Assembly: GCA_964608725.1 (NCBI GenBank)
Contig: CAZSPB010000001.1
Span: 43,696 to 107,695, forward strand
Reading direction: 5' to 3'
DNA: 64,000 nucleotides
DNA from: an uncultured archaeon
GTDB taxonomy: Archaea; Aenigmatarchaeota; Aenigmatarchaeia; Aenigmatarchaeales; Aenigmatarchaeaceae
Shown here in pieces: positions 41,609 to 51,386 of the stretch (positions within the stretch are counted from its first letter, which is position 1; the number at the start of each line of letters is the position of its first letter). The notes under the pieces are model-generated. The model saw only the letters and a program-made list of their open reading frames with translations, was not told where the DNA came from and ran no database searches. The position numbers were made by a program, and so were the translations under genes.

Positions 41609-42003
41609 TAAGATTAAACTCAAAAACAGAAATTTTAGTGAAATCAAGAGAGTATGAAGCCTCCATTTTTTATAATTTTTTAATTAAAAGATTATCAAAG
41701 TTAAAGTTTAAGTTAGTAGATGAATGGTATGAGATAGAAAGTTCTAGTGGAGAAATTGAAAATACTCAAAATTTAAGGCTTTTGGAAATAATAAGTAGGA
41801 GTTCATTCATTAAGAAAATAATAAATGTTAAAAGATATAGAAAAGGTAACAATTTTGTTACAATAAGAAATTATTATTTAAACTTTGATGATTTAATAGA
41901 TAGCATAATTGAGAAAACTATAGTTTCTATAAAATTTTCTTCAATTAAACTCTGTCAAAATTATTCAATTATAGCTTTCTTTAAAGAGTTAAAAATCTCA
42001 TAA
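41605..42003 (+). CDS. Hypothetical protein
   Basis: ATGA coupling with upstream ORF. Confidence 0.45.
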   Translation: MIRLNSKTEILVKSREYEASIFYNFLIKRLSKLKFKLVDEWYEIESSSGEIENTQNLRLLEIISRSSFIKKIINVKRYRKGNNFVTIRNYYLNFDDLIDSIIEKTIVSIKFSSIKLCQNYSIIAFFKELKIS

Positions 42004-42815
42004 ATTTCAACAACAGTTTTAGAATCAGTTTCAATCACTGGCTTTAAATTGACTATTGCTTCAATAACCTTTTTATCATAAGAAATTTTTCCTAAAAATT
42101 TGTCTTTCGACCATCTTTTTATTTTTTCTGAGAGTTTTTTGTTTACATCCCATTTGTTTATCACTATATTATACCTTATTTTGAAATGATTAACAATATC
42201 TAGAATTCTTTTTAAATCAGAGAACCCAGAAGGTGTAGGTTCTGTGATTAAAACGACAAAATCACAACCTGAAAGGGAAGCAATAACAGGGCAACCTATT
42301 CCTGCTGCAGAATCAAGTATCATTATATCATGATCAAACTTTTTAGCCAGATTCTTAACTTCTTGAACTATTTTCCCTGATCCAGATTCTCCAGGATAAA
42401 GTTGTGCAGAAATTAAAGGAAAACCATATTTAGTTTTTTTGATCCTTAATTCACCATTATTAACTGGTTTTGTTTCTATTGCTTTTGGATAAAAAATTTT
42501 ACAAGCCCCACAACCTTCACATAAGAACTGGTTAATTACATATTTTTTATTAACTTTTTCTATAGCACGAAAATTGCATATTTCCAAAACTTTATCATCT
42601 AAGAGTTTTTGATTAATTATTTTTGCTTTTTCGGATGTTGAAATTTTTTCAACTTTATCATAATCTGTAATTCCTAACCATAAACCTAAATTTGGAGCAT
42701 CGACATCGCAATCACAAGCAACTACCTTCTTTTCTTTTGAAAAAAGAAGGGCTAAAGAGCTTGCAAGCATCGATTTTCCTACTCCACCTTTTCCTGATGC
42801 GACTGCTATTTTCAT
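41961..42815 (-). CDS. MinD-superfamily P-loop ATPase with inserted ferredoxin (COG1149)
   Basis: SGKGGVGKS, DCDVDAPN, CEGCGAC, GIGCPVI, TEPT. Confidence 0.88.
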   Translation of the reverse strand: MKIAVASGKGGVGKSMLASSLALLFSKEKKVVACDCDVDAPNLGLWLGITDYDKVEKISTSEKAKIINQKLLDDKVLEICNFRAIEKVNKKYVINQFLCEGCGACKIFYPKAIETKPVNNGELRIKKTKYGFPLISAQLYPGESGSGKIVQEVKNLAKKFDHDIMILDSAAGIGCPVIASLSGCDFVVLITEPTPSGFSDLKRILDIVNHFKIRYNIVINKWDVNKKLSEKIKRWSKDKFLGKISYDKKVIEAIVNLKPVIETDSKTVVEIYEIFNSLKKAIIE

Positions 42816-43216
42816 ATTTTTAGCCTGTTAATAACTTTTATTAAAGATGCTTTTCTTTTAAAGAAATGTAAATGGCCTTTACACTTACAATCACTTGAAC
42901 CAAAATTTTTGATTGTCTTATCTGCATTCTTCTCAATATATTGAGAAATAAAACATTCTATTTTTTTCTTACTTTGTATTACTATTGCTCCATCTATGGA
43001 AACTAATGGGTTTGAAAGTAAATAATCTATATGCCATTTCTTTTTCTTATTTCTTCTAAAATGTCTTTCTAACCTATTTTCAAGGTTTATATTTTTTCCT
43101 AATGCAGAACCAACATAACAATAATAACCCTTTTGAAAATCAATCAAACCTAACTTTCCAATTTTTATTTTTGATTTTTTCTTTAACTTTAAGACTAGGA
43201 TATAACTTCCCCTCAT
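42812..43216 (-). CDS. GIY-YIG (DUF123) nuclease-family protein
   Basis: GYYCYVGSA, WHIDYLL, FGSSDCKC.GHL. Confidence 0.85.
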   Translation of the reverse strand: MRGSYILVLKLKKKSKIKIGKLGLIDFQKGYYCYVGSALGKNINLENRLERHFRRNKKKKWHIDYLLSNPLVSIDGAIVIQSKKKIECFISQYIEKNADKTIKNFGSSDCKCKGHLHFFKRKASLIKVINRLKI

Positions 43217-44034
43217 ATAAGATCAACTACTTTTTCTAAATTTTTCTCACAATATGCTTTAAGTAATCTTTCAGAATATGGGATTTCTAGTGAAATTTTG
43301 GTATTAAACTTTTCCGCTATTTTTTCAATAATTTTTCTCTCTCCTATTCCTGATTTGTTCAAAACAACTTTACCATTTATATCCATCTTTTTTAATAACT
43401 CAAGAATTATCTCTAAGTCATGTGCACCTAGTGGTGTAGGTTCTGTAACAGCATAAACTTCATCACAATTAAGTAAAGCATGAATTACATTACAATGTGT
43501 TCCAGGTGCTGTATCTATGATTAAAAAGTCAGCCCTTACTTTTTTCGCAAAATTTATTGCCCTTTTCTTTACTTCATTAACTATTGGCCCTGTTTCTGAA
43601 ATACCTGTTTTTGATTTTCCTGTGAAAAGCCAAAAATTTTCTTTAACTTTATTCAAAAAAGATTTACCAGCAATTTCTTTCTTCTTTTTTATAGCTTTTT
43701 TAGGACAAGACATCCAACATGCTCCACAACTGTTACAAAGATCGTGAATAAATAAAGGATAATTATCTTTTACCCAAAATATTGCGTGTTCTTTACAAAT
43801 TCTAGAACATAAACCACATTTTTCACATTTACTTTTATCAAGCTCAGGAAAATTTTGATAAATTGGTTTAGAATTTTGGAGTTTTTGGTTCAAAATTAAA
43901 AAGTCGTTAGGACATTCAACATCACAATCACAAAGTACAACTTTTTTCTCTTTTGAAAATTTCAAAGCTAAAAGGATAGCGAAAGTTGATTTTCCTACTC
44001 CACCTTTTGCACCAGTTGAAGCAATAATTTTCAT
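43213..44034 (-). CDS. MinD-superfamily P-loop ATPase with inserted ferredoxin (COG1149)
   Basis: KGGVGKS, DCDVECPN, two CxxCxxC motifs, PGTHC, TEPTP.G.HDL. Confidence 0.88.
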   Translation of the reverse strand: MKIIASTGAKGGVGKSTFAILLALKFSKEKKVVLCDCDVECPNDFLILNQKLQNSKPIYQNFPELDKSKCEKCGLCSRICKEHAIFWVKDNYPLFIHDLCNSCGACWMSCPKKAIKKKKEIAGKSFLNKVKENFWLFTGKSKTGISETGPIVNEVKKRAINFAKKVRADFLIIDTAPGTHCNVIHALLNCDEVYAVTEPTPLGAHDLEIILELLKKMDINGKVVLNKSGIGERKIIEKIAEKFNTKISLEIPYSERLLKAYCEKNLEKVVDLI

Positions 44035-44035
44035 T

Positions 44036-45439
44036 TTATACTAACCCTAAAACCATTCCAATACCTAAAAAGAAAATTATAAGGCCAGCTATCAAATGAA
44101 GGTATCGAATATTCCTTTCTTTCCATCCTGAAATATCTTCAACTTTTGCTATTCCAAAATAAACTATTAAAGTAATTCCCAACATTGGTGAAACAAAAAT
44201 TGCATTATAAAGAAGAAGCCAAGGAAGTGTTTTGAACAATTCAAGAGCTGAAAGAATACCACTAGCTATTACATAAGGACCTATGGTACATGGTAAAAGG
44301 AAAACTGTTACAAAGGCACCAACTAAGAAAGCACCTCTTGGCGATGTTATTTTAGAAATAATTTTCTTTACTTTAGGCCTCCAACCAAGAGGCATTTCTG
44401 TAAGAAACCCTCCAGGTTTATATTTAATAAAATCTTTTATTTGAAGAATTCCTAAGAGAATAGCAGCTAAGCCCAATAATTGATATAGTAACAAACGTAT
44501 GGAAGTAATAACTTGAATAATCTGGAAAAATTTTACTAAAATAAGACCATAAAAAAGGTAAATAATAAAAACAGATAAAGTAAAAGCTAAACCAGCAAAT
44601 AAAACATTCTTTTTTTCTTTTGGATTATAAGTAAGAATAGCTATGAGCATTAAAGTTAAAACAGCAAGAGCACAAGGATTAACTGCATCAACAGCAGCTA
44701 AGGAAATAAGTTTAGCTATTGTAAGTTCACCTTTTGTTAGTTGTTCTTTTTCACCTCCTGTTATTTCTCCTTTAACAATTTTTTCTTTTACTGATTCACC
44801 ATTCCATTCAAATATCCAACCATCAATTTTAATAGCGTTTTCAAAATTGACGTATTTCCCAGAAAGTGCCACTGGCTTAGGTTCTATAGTTTCATAATTT
44901 TGGCCCTTTAAAGTTTTCGATAAATTTTTAGTGAGGAGTAACTCTCTTAACAAAGTTTCATTACCTCCACCACCAGAATAAATCAAAATTCTTTCTCCAT
45001 GCCATATTTTTGGTTTGCCAGGTAAATCGTTTATTTTTAGAGTTTCAAATTTTTCAGAACCATTTATTAATGGGCAATCATTTTCTTTTATTCTTTCTAT
45101 TGTACTTCGAATATTTTCCAAAATAGGTAAATCTCCAATTATATGTGTTTCTTTATTAAAGATTATCAAAGGTACTCCTAAGCCACAATTATATTGAGAA
45201 TCAAAAGAGTAAAGTAAAGCAGCATTTCCAGTTTGTTGATAAATTTCATATTCAATTATTATCAATTCTGGATACTCTTTTAATAAATCTTCAAGTATTA
45301 CAGGATCAGTCTTTGCGCAATGAGGGCAACCAACTCCAGTAAAGTAAACAGCACAAATTTTAGCCTCTGCGACAGGGATAAAAATAAGAAAAAGGAAAAT
45401 TCCACTCAAAATTGATGTTCTAATTTTCATATTATACAC
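44036..45439 (-). CDS. Glutaredoxin-like + CcdA/DsbD-type membrane protein
   Basis: GCPHC; DAVNPCA, LPCTIGPY. Confidence 0.8.
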   Translation of the reverse strand: MYNMKIRTSILSGIFLFLIFIPVAEAKICAVYFTGVGCPHCAKTDPVILEDLLKEYPELIIIEYEIYQQTGNAALLYSFDSQYNCGLGVPLIIFNKETHIIGDLPILENIRSTIERIKENDCPLINGSEKFETLKINDLPGKPKIWHGERILIYSGGGGNETLLRELLLTKNLSKTLKGQNYETIEPKPVALSGKYVNFENAIKIDGWIFEWNGESVKEKIVKGEITGGEKEQLTKGELTIAKLISLAAVDAVNPCALAVLTLMLIAILTYNPKEKKNVLFAGLAFTLSVFIIYLFYGLILVKFFQIIQVITSIRLLLYQLLGLAAILLGILQIKDFIKYKPGGFLTEMPLGWRPKVKKIISKITSPRGAFLVGAFVTVFLLPCTIGPYVIASGILSALELFKTLPWLLLYNAIFVSPMLGITLIVYFGIAKVEDISGWKERNIRYLHLIAGLIIFFLGIGMVLGLV

Positions 45440-45902
45440 CTAAGATTATGAATATTTTAAATAAAACATATGAGAATAAAATTCCGCTTAAAAAAATTAA
45501 AAAGATTTTTGTATATGGGATAAGATGTAAACACTTACAATTAAAAGTCTGATAAAACGGCATAGTTAATTCCAATTTCTTTCTCCAACTTCTCACCAAA
45601 TTTAGGAGATATCCTTTTTTATAATTATGACCTTTTTCAACTCTTTCTAAGAAGTTTTCAATTTCTTCATATAAAATTTTGAAAATTTTAACATTTTTTG
45701 GTTCAATTCTGGATGCATGGGCTATAGCTTCTTCTAATTCACCTCTAATGAAAATTAAATGTTTTAGAACACAGGAACCTTCACCCTCTATGAAAGAGGG
45801 TGTATTCATAGCTTTTATATGATTTTCTGCTTGTAGAAAATTAGTTAAACAATTCTTTTTGTTATAAGATAAAAATTTCTTATCTTGATTTTCTCTTTTC
45901 AT
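45432..45902 (-). CDS. Hypothetical protein with C-terminal TM (Cys/His-containing)
   Basis: CL..QAENH, CVLKH, CKCLH. Confidence 0.6.
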   Translation of the reverse strand: MKRENQDKKFLSYNKKNCLTNFLQAENHIKAMNTPSFIEGEGSCVLKHLIFIRGELEEAIAHASRIEPKNVKIFKILYEEIENFLERVEKGHNYKKGYLLNLVRSWRKKLELTMPFYQTFNCKCLHLIPYTKIFLIFLSGILFSYVLFKIFIILGV

Positions 45903-45903
45903 T

Positions 45904-46038
45904 TTAACAACACCTAAAATTGTCTAATATTTTTAATACCTTTTTCTTAATTTTACTTCTTTCTGAATAAACTTTCCCACCAATTATCATTCCTATTAAA
46001 ACTATAAAAATGATTGCTATTAATATATCTTCATTCAT
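45904..46038 (-). CDS. 44-aa membrane peptide ending RCC
   Basis: MNEDILIAIIFIVLIGMIIGGKVYSERSKIKKKVLKILDNFRCC; abuts next gene; not in ORF track. Confidence 0.55.
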   Translation of the reverse strand: MNEDILIAIIFIVLIGMIIGGKVYSERSKIKKKVLKILDNFRCC

Positions 46039-46071
46039 AAAAAATTTGTATAATGAAACCATATTTAAAGG

Positions 46072-46554
46072 TTGGTTTCAAAATTTGAAACTGAGAATAT
46101 GCTTAAGAAAATAATCATTACGATGATATTGTTCGGAGGTTTCATTTTCCTAGTTTCAGTTACAACATTTTATGTTCAAAGCCAAATATCTCATTATGGT
46201 TATTGTCCAATTCCTATACCCGTGCTCATGCCTACTCTTGCATCTCTTGGGTTATTTGTAGGCTCTCTTGTATATTATATAATGTTGGGTAAAGTTGAAG
46301 AAAGTAGAGAGAAGAGGACAGAAGCAATAAATTTTTTGTTAGAGCTCTTACCTACAGATGAAAAAGAAGTTTTGAGGAAAATAATAGAGAATAAAGGAAA
46401 AATAACACAAAGTAAACTTTCCTCTTCCTTAGGAAAAGTTAAGGCATTTCGCGTTTTAGAGAGTTTAAGAAAGAGAGGCATTATTTTAAAAGAACCCTAT
46501 GGAAAAACAAATATAATCAAATTAAATGAAAAATACTCTAAAATTTTGATTTAG
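46072..46554 (+). CDS. Membrane-anchored wHTH regulator (start may be 46099)
   Basis: Two TMs then ITQSKL..KVKAFRVL..L.KRGII..YGKTN. Confidence 0.75.
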   Translation: MVSKFETENMLKKIIITMILFGGFIFLVSVTTFYVQSQISHYGYCPIPIPVLMPTLASLGLFVGSLVYYIMLGKVEESREKRTEAINFLLELLPTDEKEVLRKIIENKGKITQSKLSSSLGKVKAFRVLESLRKRGIILKEPYGKTNIIKLNEKYSKILI

Positions 46555-47358
46555 TTATATTTTAATTATTTTTCCAACCCCCACTTTAATGAAGTTATTC
46601 TTATAATTCTTTTCAAAAAGATTCATAGCTTTTTCTCCTGTGCAATGGCATGGCGCAACTTTCTTTACCCCTAATTCTTTAAAGTTTTTGATTATACCTT
46701 CTATTTCTTCATCACTTTTTCCTATTAAATGAAAACCACCTATAACAAGGTAAACATTTGAATTACTTAGTTCTTTAGCTTTTCTAATTATATTTACTAT
46801 TCCAGGATGTGCACAACCTGTAATGAGTACCACTCCTTTTTCTGTTTTTATTATCAAAGATTGTTCTTTTATCCAAGTTCCTAATTCACCTGTAGAATAA
46901 ACTCCATCAAAAATTTCTTTACCCTCTTCAATGTTTACATAATTTGCTCCATAGTGTTTTATTCTATCTTTAAAATCTTGGGGGAATGAATTTGGTAAAT
47001 ATATAGTAACATTAGGATTTACTTCTAAAAAGCCAAAAAGCCCACCAGTATGATCACCGTGAATATGAGATAAGACTATTATTTCTATTTCCTCCGGTAA
47101 AATACCAAGGGCCTTTATATTTGAAAGGAGAATAGAAGAATCACCACCAGTATCAAATAGAATCTTCTTTCCTTTAACTTCTATTAAACAAGCAAATCCC
47201 CAAGAAGTTTTTAACTTTTTATCAAATTCGTTGTTATCGTAAACTACAAATAAAGTTACATTTGAAGTATTTTTCATTTGTAAAACCTCTTTTTTATGGA
47301 AAGAATAAATTAACATCAAAATGATTATTCCTATAATCGAAATAAATTCTTTTTTCAT
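46555..47358 (-). CDS. MBL-fold metallo-hydrolase (COG1237)
   Basis: LFDTG, SHIHGDHTGG, GCAHPG, GGFH, PCHCTG. Confidence 0.88.
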   Translation of the reverse strand: MKKEFISIIGIIILMLIYSFHKKEVLQMKNTSNVTLFVVYDNNEFDKKLKTSWGFACLIEVKGKKILFDTGGDSSILLSNIKALGILPEEIEIIVLSHIHGDHTGGLFGFLEVNPNVTIYLPNSFPQDFKDRIKHYGANYVNIEEGKEIFDGVYSTGELGTWIKEQSLIIKTEKGVVLITGCAHPGIVNIIRKAKELSNSNVYLVIGGFHLIGKSDEEIEGIIKNFKELGVKKVAPCHCTGEKAMNLFEKNYKNNFIKVGVGKIIKI

Positions 47359-47364
47359 ATTTGA

Positions 47365-47721
47365 CTATAAATTTATAGCTTTGTTAGGACATGCTTGAAC
47401 ACAAAGTCCACAACCTCTACAACGTTCAGGATGGACTATTTTTGCCTTTCCATTAATTATTTCTAAAACACCGAATGGGCAAGCTTTAACACAACTCCCA
47501 CAACCTGTACATTTACTTTCATCTATTTTTGGAAAGGGTGGTTGTGGAGGAGCAACTTGGCCTCTTCTCATTCCTGCTCCTCTTGGCGGACCTTTATCTA
47601 ATCTATGAATAAATTGTGCAGGTGCACCACAGTAAGGACATCTCATAGGTTTAGGAATACCTCTAGGAACTTCTATTATTTTACCACAGGAAAAACACTT
47701 GAATTTTTTTGTTAGGTTCAT
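47365..47721 (-). CDS. Zn ribbon + 2[4Fe-4S] ferredoxin
   Basis: CFSC..CPYC; CTGCGSC..CP; CRGCGLC..CP. Confidence 0.85.
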   Translation of the reverse strand: MNLTKKFKCFSCGKIIEVPRGIPKPMRCPYCGAPAQFIHRLDKGPPRGAGMRRGQVAPPQPPFPKIDESKCTGCGSCVKACPFGVLEIINGKAKIVHPERCRGCGLCVQACPNKAINL

Positions 47722-48212
47722 TTTTCTTGCAACTCTTTAATTTTTGCTTCTAGATATTTTATTTCCTCTTCTATCATTTGTTTTTGGAGTTCAAGCATTT
47801 TCTTTTCAAATTCAATATCTAACTTGCTAGGTTTGAACTCTTGAACTCTTGGTACGGCCGGTATAGCTTGTGTAGCTTGCATAGTTTTGGAGCTTTTTAA
47901 ATAATCTTCAACTGCTTCTCTTACTTTTCCAACACTTATAAAAACTTCTATTCCAGCTTGGTTTAAGACCATTGATGCATTTGGGCCAAAATTTCCAGCT
48001 ATTACTACTTTTGCACCTTGATTTGCTATAAACTGAGCTGCTTGAATTCCAGCACCACCAAATGCAGAGGCTGAAGGATTTGGTTTAACTTCAACTTTTC
48101 CTATCTTTTCATTTTCAACTTCAACTATGGTAAAAGTTGGTGCTCTACCAAAAACTGGTGACACTTGATCTTCTAAACCACCTTTACCTTGAGTTGCTAC
48201 TACAATTTTCAT
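47718..48212 (-). CDS. NifB/NifX family protein with coiled-coil tail
   Basis: [21 protein letters not shown]. Confidence 0.85.
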   Translation of the reverse strand: MKIVVATQGKGGLEDQVSPVFGRAPTFTIVEVENEKIGKVEVKPNPSASAFGGAGIQAAQFIANQGAKVVIAGNFGPNASMVLNQAGIEVFISVGKVREAVEDYLKSSKTMQATQAIPAVPRVQEFKPSKLDIEFEKKMLELQKQMIEEEIKYLEAKIKELQEK

Positions 48213-48589
48213 TTTTTCTCACTTAATTCTTTTAGTCTTTCTTCTATATATTTTAATTCTTCCTCTAGCATTTTCTTCTCTTGTCTCAAAGCTTCTATTT
48301 CACTAGCAGGCTGATAAGGCACTGAAGTTGGTGTAAAGCTTTGCGGAGCTGTTTGTGAAGTTAGCATAGGCCCCATTGAAGTCCATGTAACTGGTCCATA
48401 AATTCCAGACCACCACCATCTTGGTAGCCAAGGAAACCATCTACATCTCCCAAACCAATTATATGTTGGCCAAGTTGCCCAACCAAATCCTCTACCAAAA
48501 GCTGGCCATCCCATTCCAGCTCTCATCCATCCTGGTAGACCGGTTGCATAAAACCACCATCTCCATCCTCTTCCCCATCCCCATGGCAT
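48209..48589 (-). CDS. DUF5320-like G/W/R-rich protein
   Basis: [19 protein letters not shown]-terminal coiled coil. Confidence 0.7.
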   Translation of the reverse strand: MPWGWGRGWRWWFYATGLPGWMRAGMGWPAFGRGFGWATWPTYNWFGRCRWFPWLPRWWWSGIYGPVTWTSMGPMLTSQTAPQSFTPTSVPYQPASEIEALRQEKKMLEEELKYIEERLKELSEKK

Positions 48590-48603
48590 TTTCTCACCTC
48601 CTA

Positions 48604-48798
48604 TTATTCAATAATTCCAATATCGTAAAGTCCTACTTCCTTTGATGACTTTTTATAAATTCTAACTACACCATTCTCTTCTTCAATTCTAATTTTTCCT
48701 TTTAACAAGCATCCTAGATTTTGATAAAAATATCTTTTAAGTAAGTCTTTTTTCATTTCTCCAAATGACTCTTTCCCTTCTTTTAATTCGTTATTCAT
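48604..48798 (-). CDS. Small hypothetical protein
   Basis: In-frame ATG 48798 leads the operon. Confidence 0.4.
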   Translation of the reverse strand: MNNELKEGKESFGEMKKDLLKRYFYQNLGCLLKGKIRIEEENGVVRIYKKSSKEVGLYDIGIIE

Positions 48799-48811
48799 AA
48801 TTTTTGTGATA

Positions 48812-48840
48812 TTGCACATAATAATTATGTGCATATGCAA
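48812..48840. promoter_or_regulatory. Candidate operator: TGCACATAAT-A-ATTATGTGCA overlapping TGCATATGCA
   Basis: Perfect inverted repeats between divergent operon and DUF134 gene, next to TATA-like tttaaat. Confidence 0.6.
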
Positions 48841-48872
48841 ATATTTAAATTTAACGGTTGCTAATAATTTAT

Positions 48873-49202
48873 ATGCCAAGATGGAGATGGTGTTGGAGAA
48901 GGAGAGGCCCAGGAAGACCTTTTAGTTATTTATTCTTAACTTCTTTGCCAAATGTGAAAGAGTTTGTTCCAAGGCCTTGTTTAAATCCTCAACCTATAGA
49001 AATAACTTATCCAGAATACAATGCTCTAATTCTTGTTGATTTAGAAGGATTAGATCAAGAAGGTGCTGCAAAAAGAATGAAAACTTCAAGAGGTACTATA
49101 TGGAGATTATTAAATAACGTTAGAAAAAAGATAGCACAAGCTTTAAGTGAATCAAGACCAATTATTATATCTTCAAAAGGAGAAGTAGAGAAAGTCAGGT
49201 GA
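48873..49202 (+). CDS. DUF134 family HTH protein
   Basis: GRP, LVDLEGLDQE.AA.RM.TSRGT.WR.L...RKKIA.AL. Confidence 0.85.
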   Translation: MPRWRWCWRRRGPGRPFSYLFLTSLPNVKEFVPRPCLNPQPIEITYPEYNALILVDLEGLDQEGAAKRMKTSRGTIWRLLNNVRKKIAQALSESRPIIISSKGEVEKVR

Positions 49203-49206
49203 TAAG

Positions 49207-49596
49207 TTGGACATAGAAGAAATAAGAAAAAAGAAATTAAAAGAGCTGAAAGAAAGGTTAAATTTTCCTGATAAACCTATAAAAGTGACAGATGAAAATT
49301 TTGATGAGGTAAAGAGAAAGTATTCTATGTGTGTTATTGATTGTTGGGCACCTTGGTGTATGCCTTGTAATTTGATTGCACCAGCAATAGAAAAATTAGC
49401 AAAAAAGTACAAAGGAAAGATAGTTTTTGGAAAACTTAATGTTGATGAAAATAAGTTAACACCTATGAAATATAATGTAATGGGTATTCCTACTCTCCTA
49501 ATCTTTAAAAATAACAAATTAGTTGATAGAATAGTTGGTGTTTTACCTTTTGATTTGTTAGATTTGAGGTTAAAAAGTTTACTTGAAGCTGAATAA
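49207..49596 (+). CDS. trxA: Thioredoxin
   Basis: WAPWCMPC, LNVDEN, GIPTL. Confidence 0.9.
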   Translation: MDIEEIRKKKLKELKERLNFPDKPIKVTDENFDEVKRKYSMCVIDCWAPWCMPCNLIAPAIEKLAKKYKGKIVFGKLNVDENKLTPMKYNVMGIPTLLIFKNNKLVDRIVGVLPFDLLDLRLKSLLEAE

Positions 49597-49606
49597 ATTG
49601 GAGGTG

Positions 49607-50893
49607 ATGGAAGTGTTAAAGGGATTAAGGAGACATTACAATGCAGATATAACAACAAATACAAAATTGAGTTTTCCTGAACACACTTCTTCAAGTGGAA
49701 TGTGTTCAATTTGTATAAAGTGTGGACAGTGTGAAATTGCTCAAAAAGCAAAAACTGGAAGGACTTTATTCCCTTCACCATTCGGTAAAGCTCAGTTTGG
49801 TGCTGAAAAAAGGCTACCAGATATAAACGATATTCAAATATTAGCTGAAATGTGGGGAGAAAGTAGTTTCTTCGTTGATGTAAAGACAGAAGTGAATATA
49901 GGAGGTTTTGAGTCTAGTGCACCAGTTGTTATAGCAGCATTAGGTTCTACAAAAGTTGCCTCTTCTGGAGCTGATGTTTTATCAGAAGGTGCTGCATTAG
50001 CAGGTATACCAAGAGTTATAGGAGAAAATGTCTTTGCAACTTTTGGTAAAGAAGGGCTTAAGAAAATGATACAACCATATCTTGATAATTATCAAAATAA
50101 AGGAGCTATAGTAGTTCAAGCTAATGTTATAGATCAAAAGTTAGGTGTTCCTGAAATGGCAGTTGAGTTAGGGGCACATGCTATTGAGCTAAAATTAGGC
50201 CAAGGAGCAAAACAAGGTTTAGGAGGGGAGATTAGGTTCAAAGAAAAAAGTGCAGCTGAAAAGTATAGAAAATATGGTTACTTAATTTTAGAGCATAATG
50301 GAAGTTATGAGAGGCATGTCTATCCAGGAGATATAACTAAGGAAGGCTTAAGAGACATGTTAATAAAGTACTCTGACTTAAAAGTTCCTCTTTGGATCAA
50401 AGTTGGGGTTGGAAGAGGGATAATAGAACTCATAGAAGAGCTTCAAAAGATAAAAAGCGAAGAAAATGTTCCTCTAAAATGTTTAACTGTTGATGGTCAT
50501 GGCGGCGGAACTGGAATGTCACCATGGTTAATAATGAATGAAACATGTTTGCCATCTCTTGCTATACTTCCTAAAGTAAGAGAAATGAAGTTAAGTTTTG
50601 ATGTTTTAGTTGCTGGGGGTTTAACAAGTGGAATAGATATTGCTAAAGCTATGATGTTAGGTGCAGACGGGGCAGCAATGGGAAGAGCAATGATAGTGGC
50701 TGCATCAGCTCATGGAAGTAAAGGAATAGTCAACTTTGTAAAAGCTATGAAAGAAGAATTGCAAATGATTGCAACAATTCAAAGGGTAAAAGAAGTTTCA
50801 AAATTGAAAAATAGAATAAACAACTTAGTGGCTTTAACTGAAGAAGCAGGAAGGATGTTTGGAATAGAAAGTGATAGCAAAAAAGTTTTGTGA
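49607..50893 (+). CDS. FMN-binding glutamate-synthase-family protein (stand-alone)
   Basis: CSICIKCGQC, ELKLGQGAK.GLGGE, DGHGGGTGMSP, AGG, LGAD. Confidence 0.75.
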   Translation: MEVLKGLRRHYNADITTNTKLSFPEHTSSSGMCSICIKCGQCEIAQKAKTGRTLFPSPFGKAQFGAEKRLPDINDIQILAEMWGESSFFVDVKTEVNIGGFESSAPVVIAALGSTKVASSGADVLSEGAALAGIPRVIGENVFATFGKEGLKKMIQPYLDNYQNKGAIVVQANVIDQKLGVPEMAVELGAHAIELKLGQGAKQGLGGEIRFKEKSAAEKYRKYGYLILEHNGSYERHVYPGDITKEGLRDMLIKYSDLKVPLWIKVGVGRGIIELIEELQKIKSEENVPLKCLTVDGHGGGTGMSPWLIMNETCLPSLAILPKVREMKLSFDVLVAGGLTSGIDIAKAMMLGADGAAMGRAMIVAASAHGSKGIVNFVKAMKEELQMIATIQRVKEVSKLKNRINNLVALTEEAGRMFGIESDSKKVL

Positions 50894-51319
50894 TTAGCCT
50901 ATGTATTTACTTTCTTCTCTTTTTCTTGCAAATGGTAGTGCTATTGGTGGTGGGAGTTGAAGTTCTTCACTTAGGTTAAGAGCTTTTACGAAGCTCCTCC
51001 TTAAAATTGTATTTATGATTTCCAAATTTGTATCATCTGGTAGCTTTTTATCCTTTTCCCAACCTTTTAAAATTTTATCTTGTTGTGGGTCAATGAATAT
51101 AACATTCCCTTCAATTACTATTTCACCTATAGTTTTATTTTTCGATAAATATTGTGTTTTAAACTCAAAATCAATAGACAAACCATTTTTGTTTAGAAGG
51201 GGTAAATTTTGTTTTTTTACATCTTTTAAATTTACATTACTGTTAACTTTTACAGGGCCTTTCAAGCCTTCATATTTTTTTGCTGTAATATTCCTTATAT
51301 TCATTCCAATTACTGGCAT
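50894..51319 (-). CDS. Conserved archaeal hypothetical protein (SecB-like fold suspected)
   Basis: MPVIG..., IEG.V, N.IL, LQLPPPI.LP. Confidence 0.65.
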   Translation of the reverse strand: MPVIGMNIRNITAKKYEGLKGPVKVNSNVNLKDVKKQNLPLLNKNGLSIDFEFKTQYLSKNKTIGEIVIEGNVIFIDPQQDKILKGWEKDKKLPDDTNLEIINTILRRSFVKALNLSEELQLPPPIALPFARKREESKYIG

Positions 51320-51386
51320 AGTATCACGTTAATAATAGAAAGGATAACTATTTATTATTTATTTTCTAATGAGCTTAATTAATTTT

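Noticed and set aside
42812-43216. GIY-YIG gene as mobile homing endonuclease
   Set aside because: DUF123-type, translationally coupled, no intron or intein context
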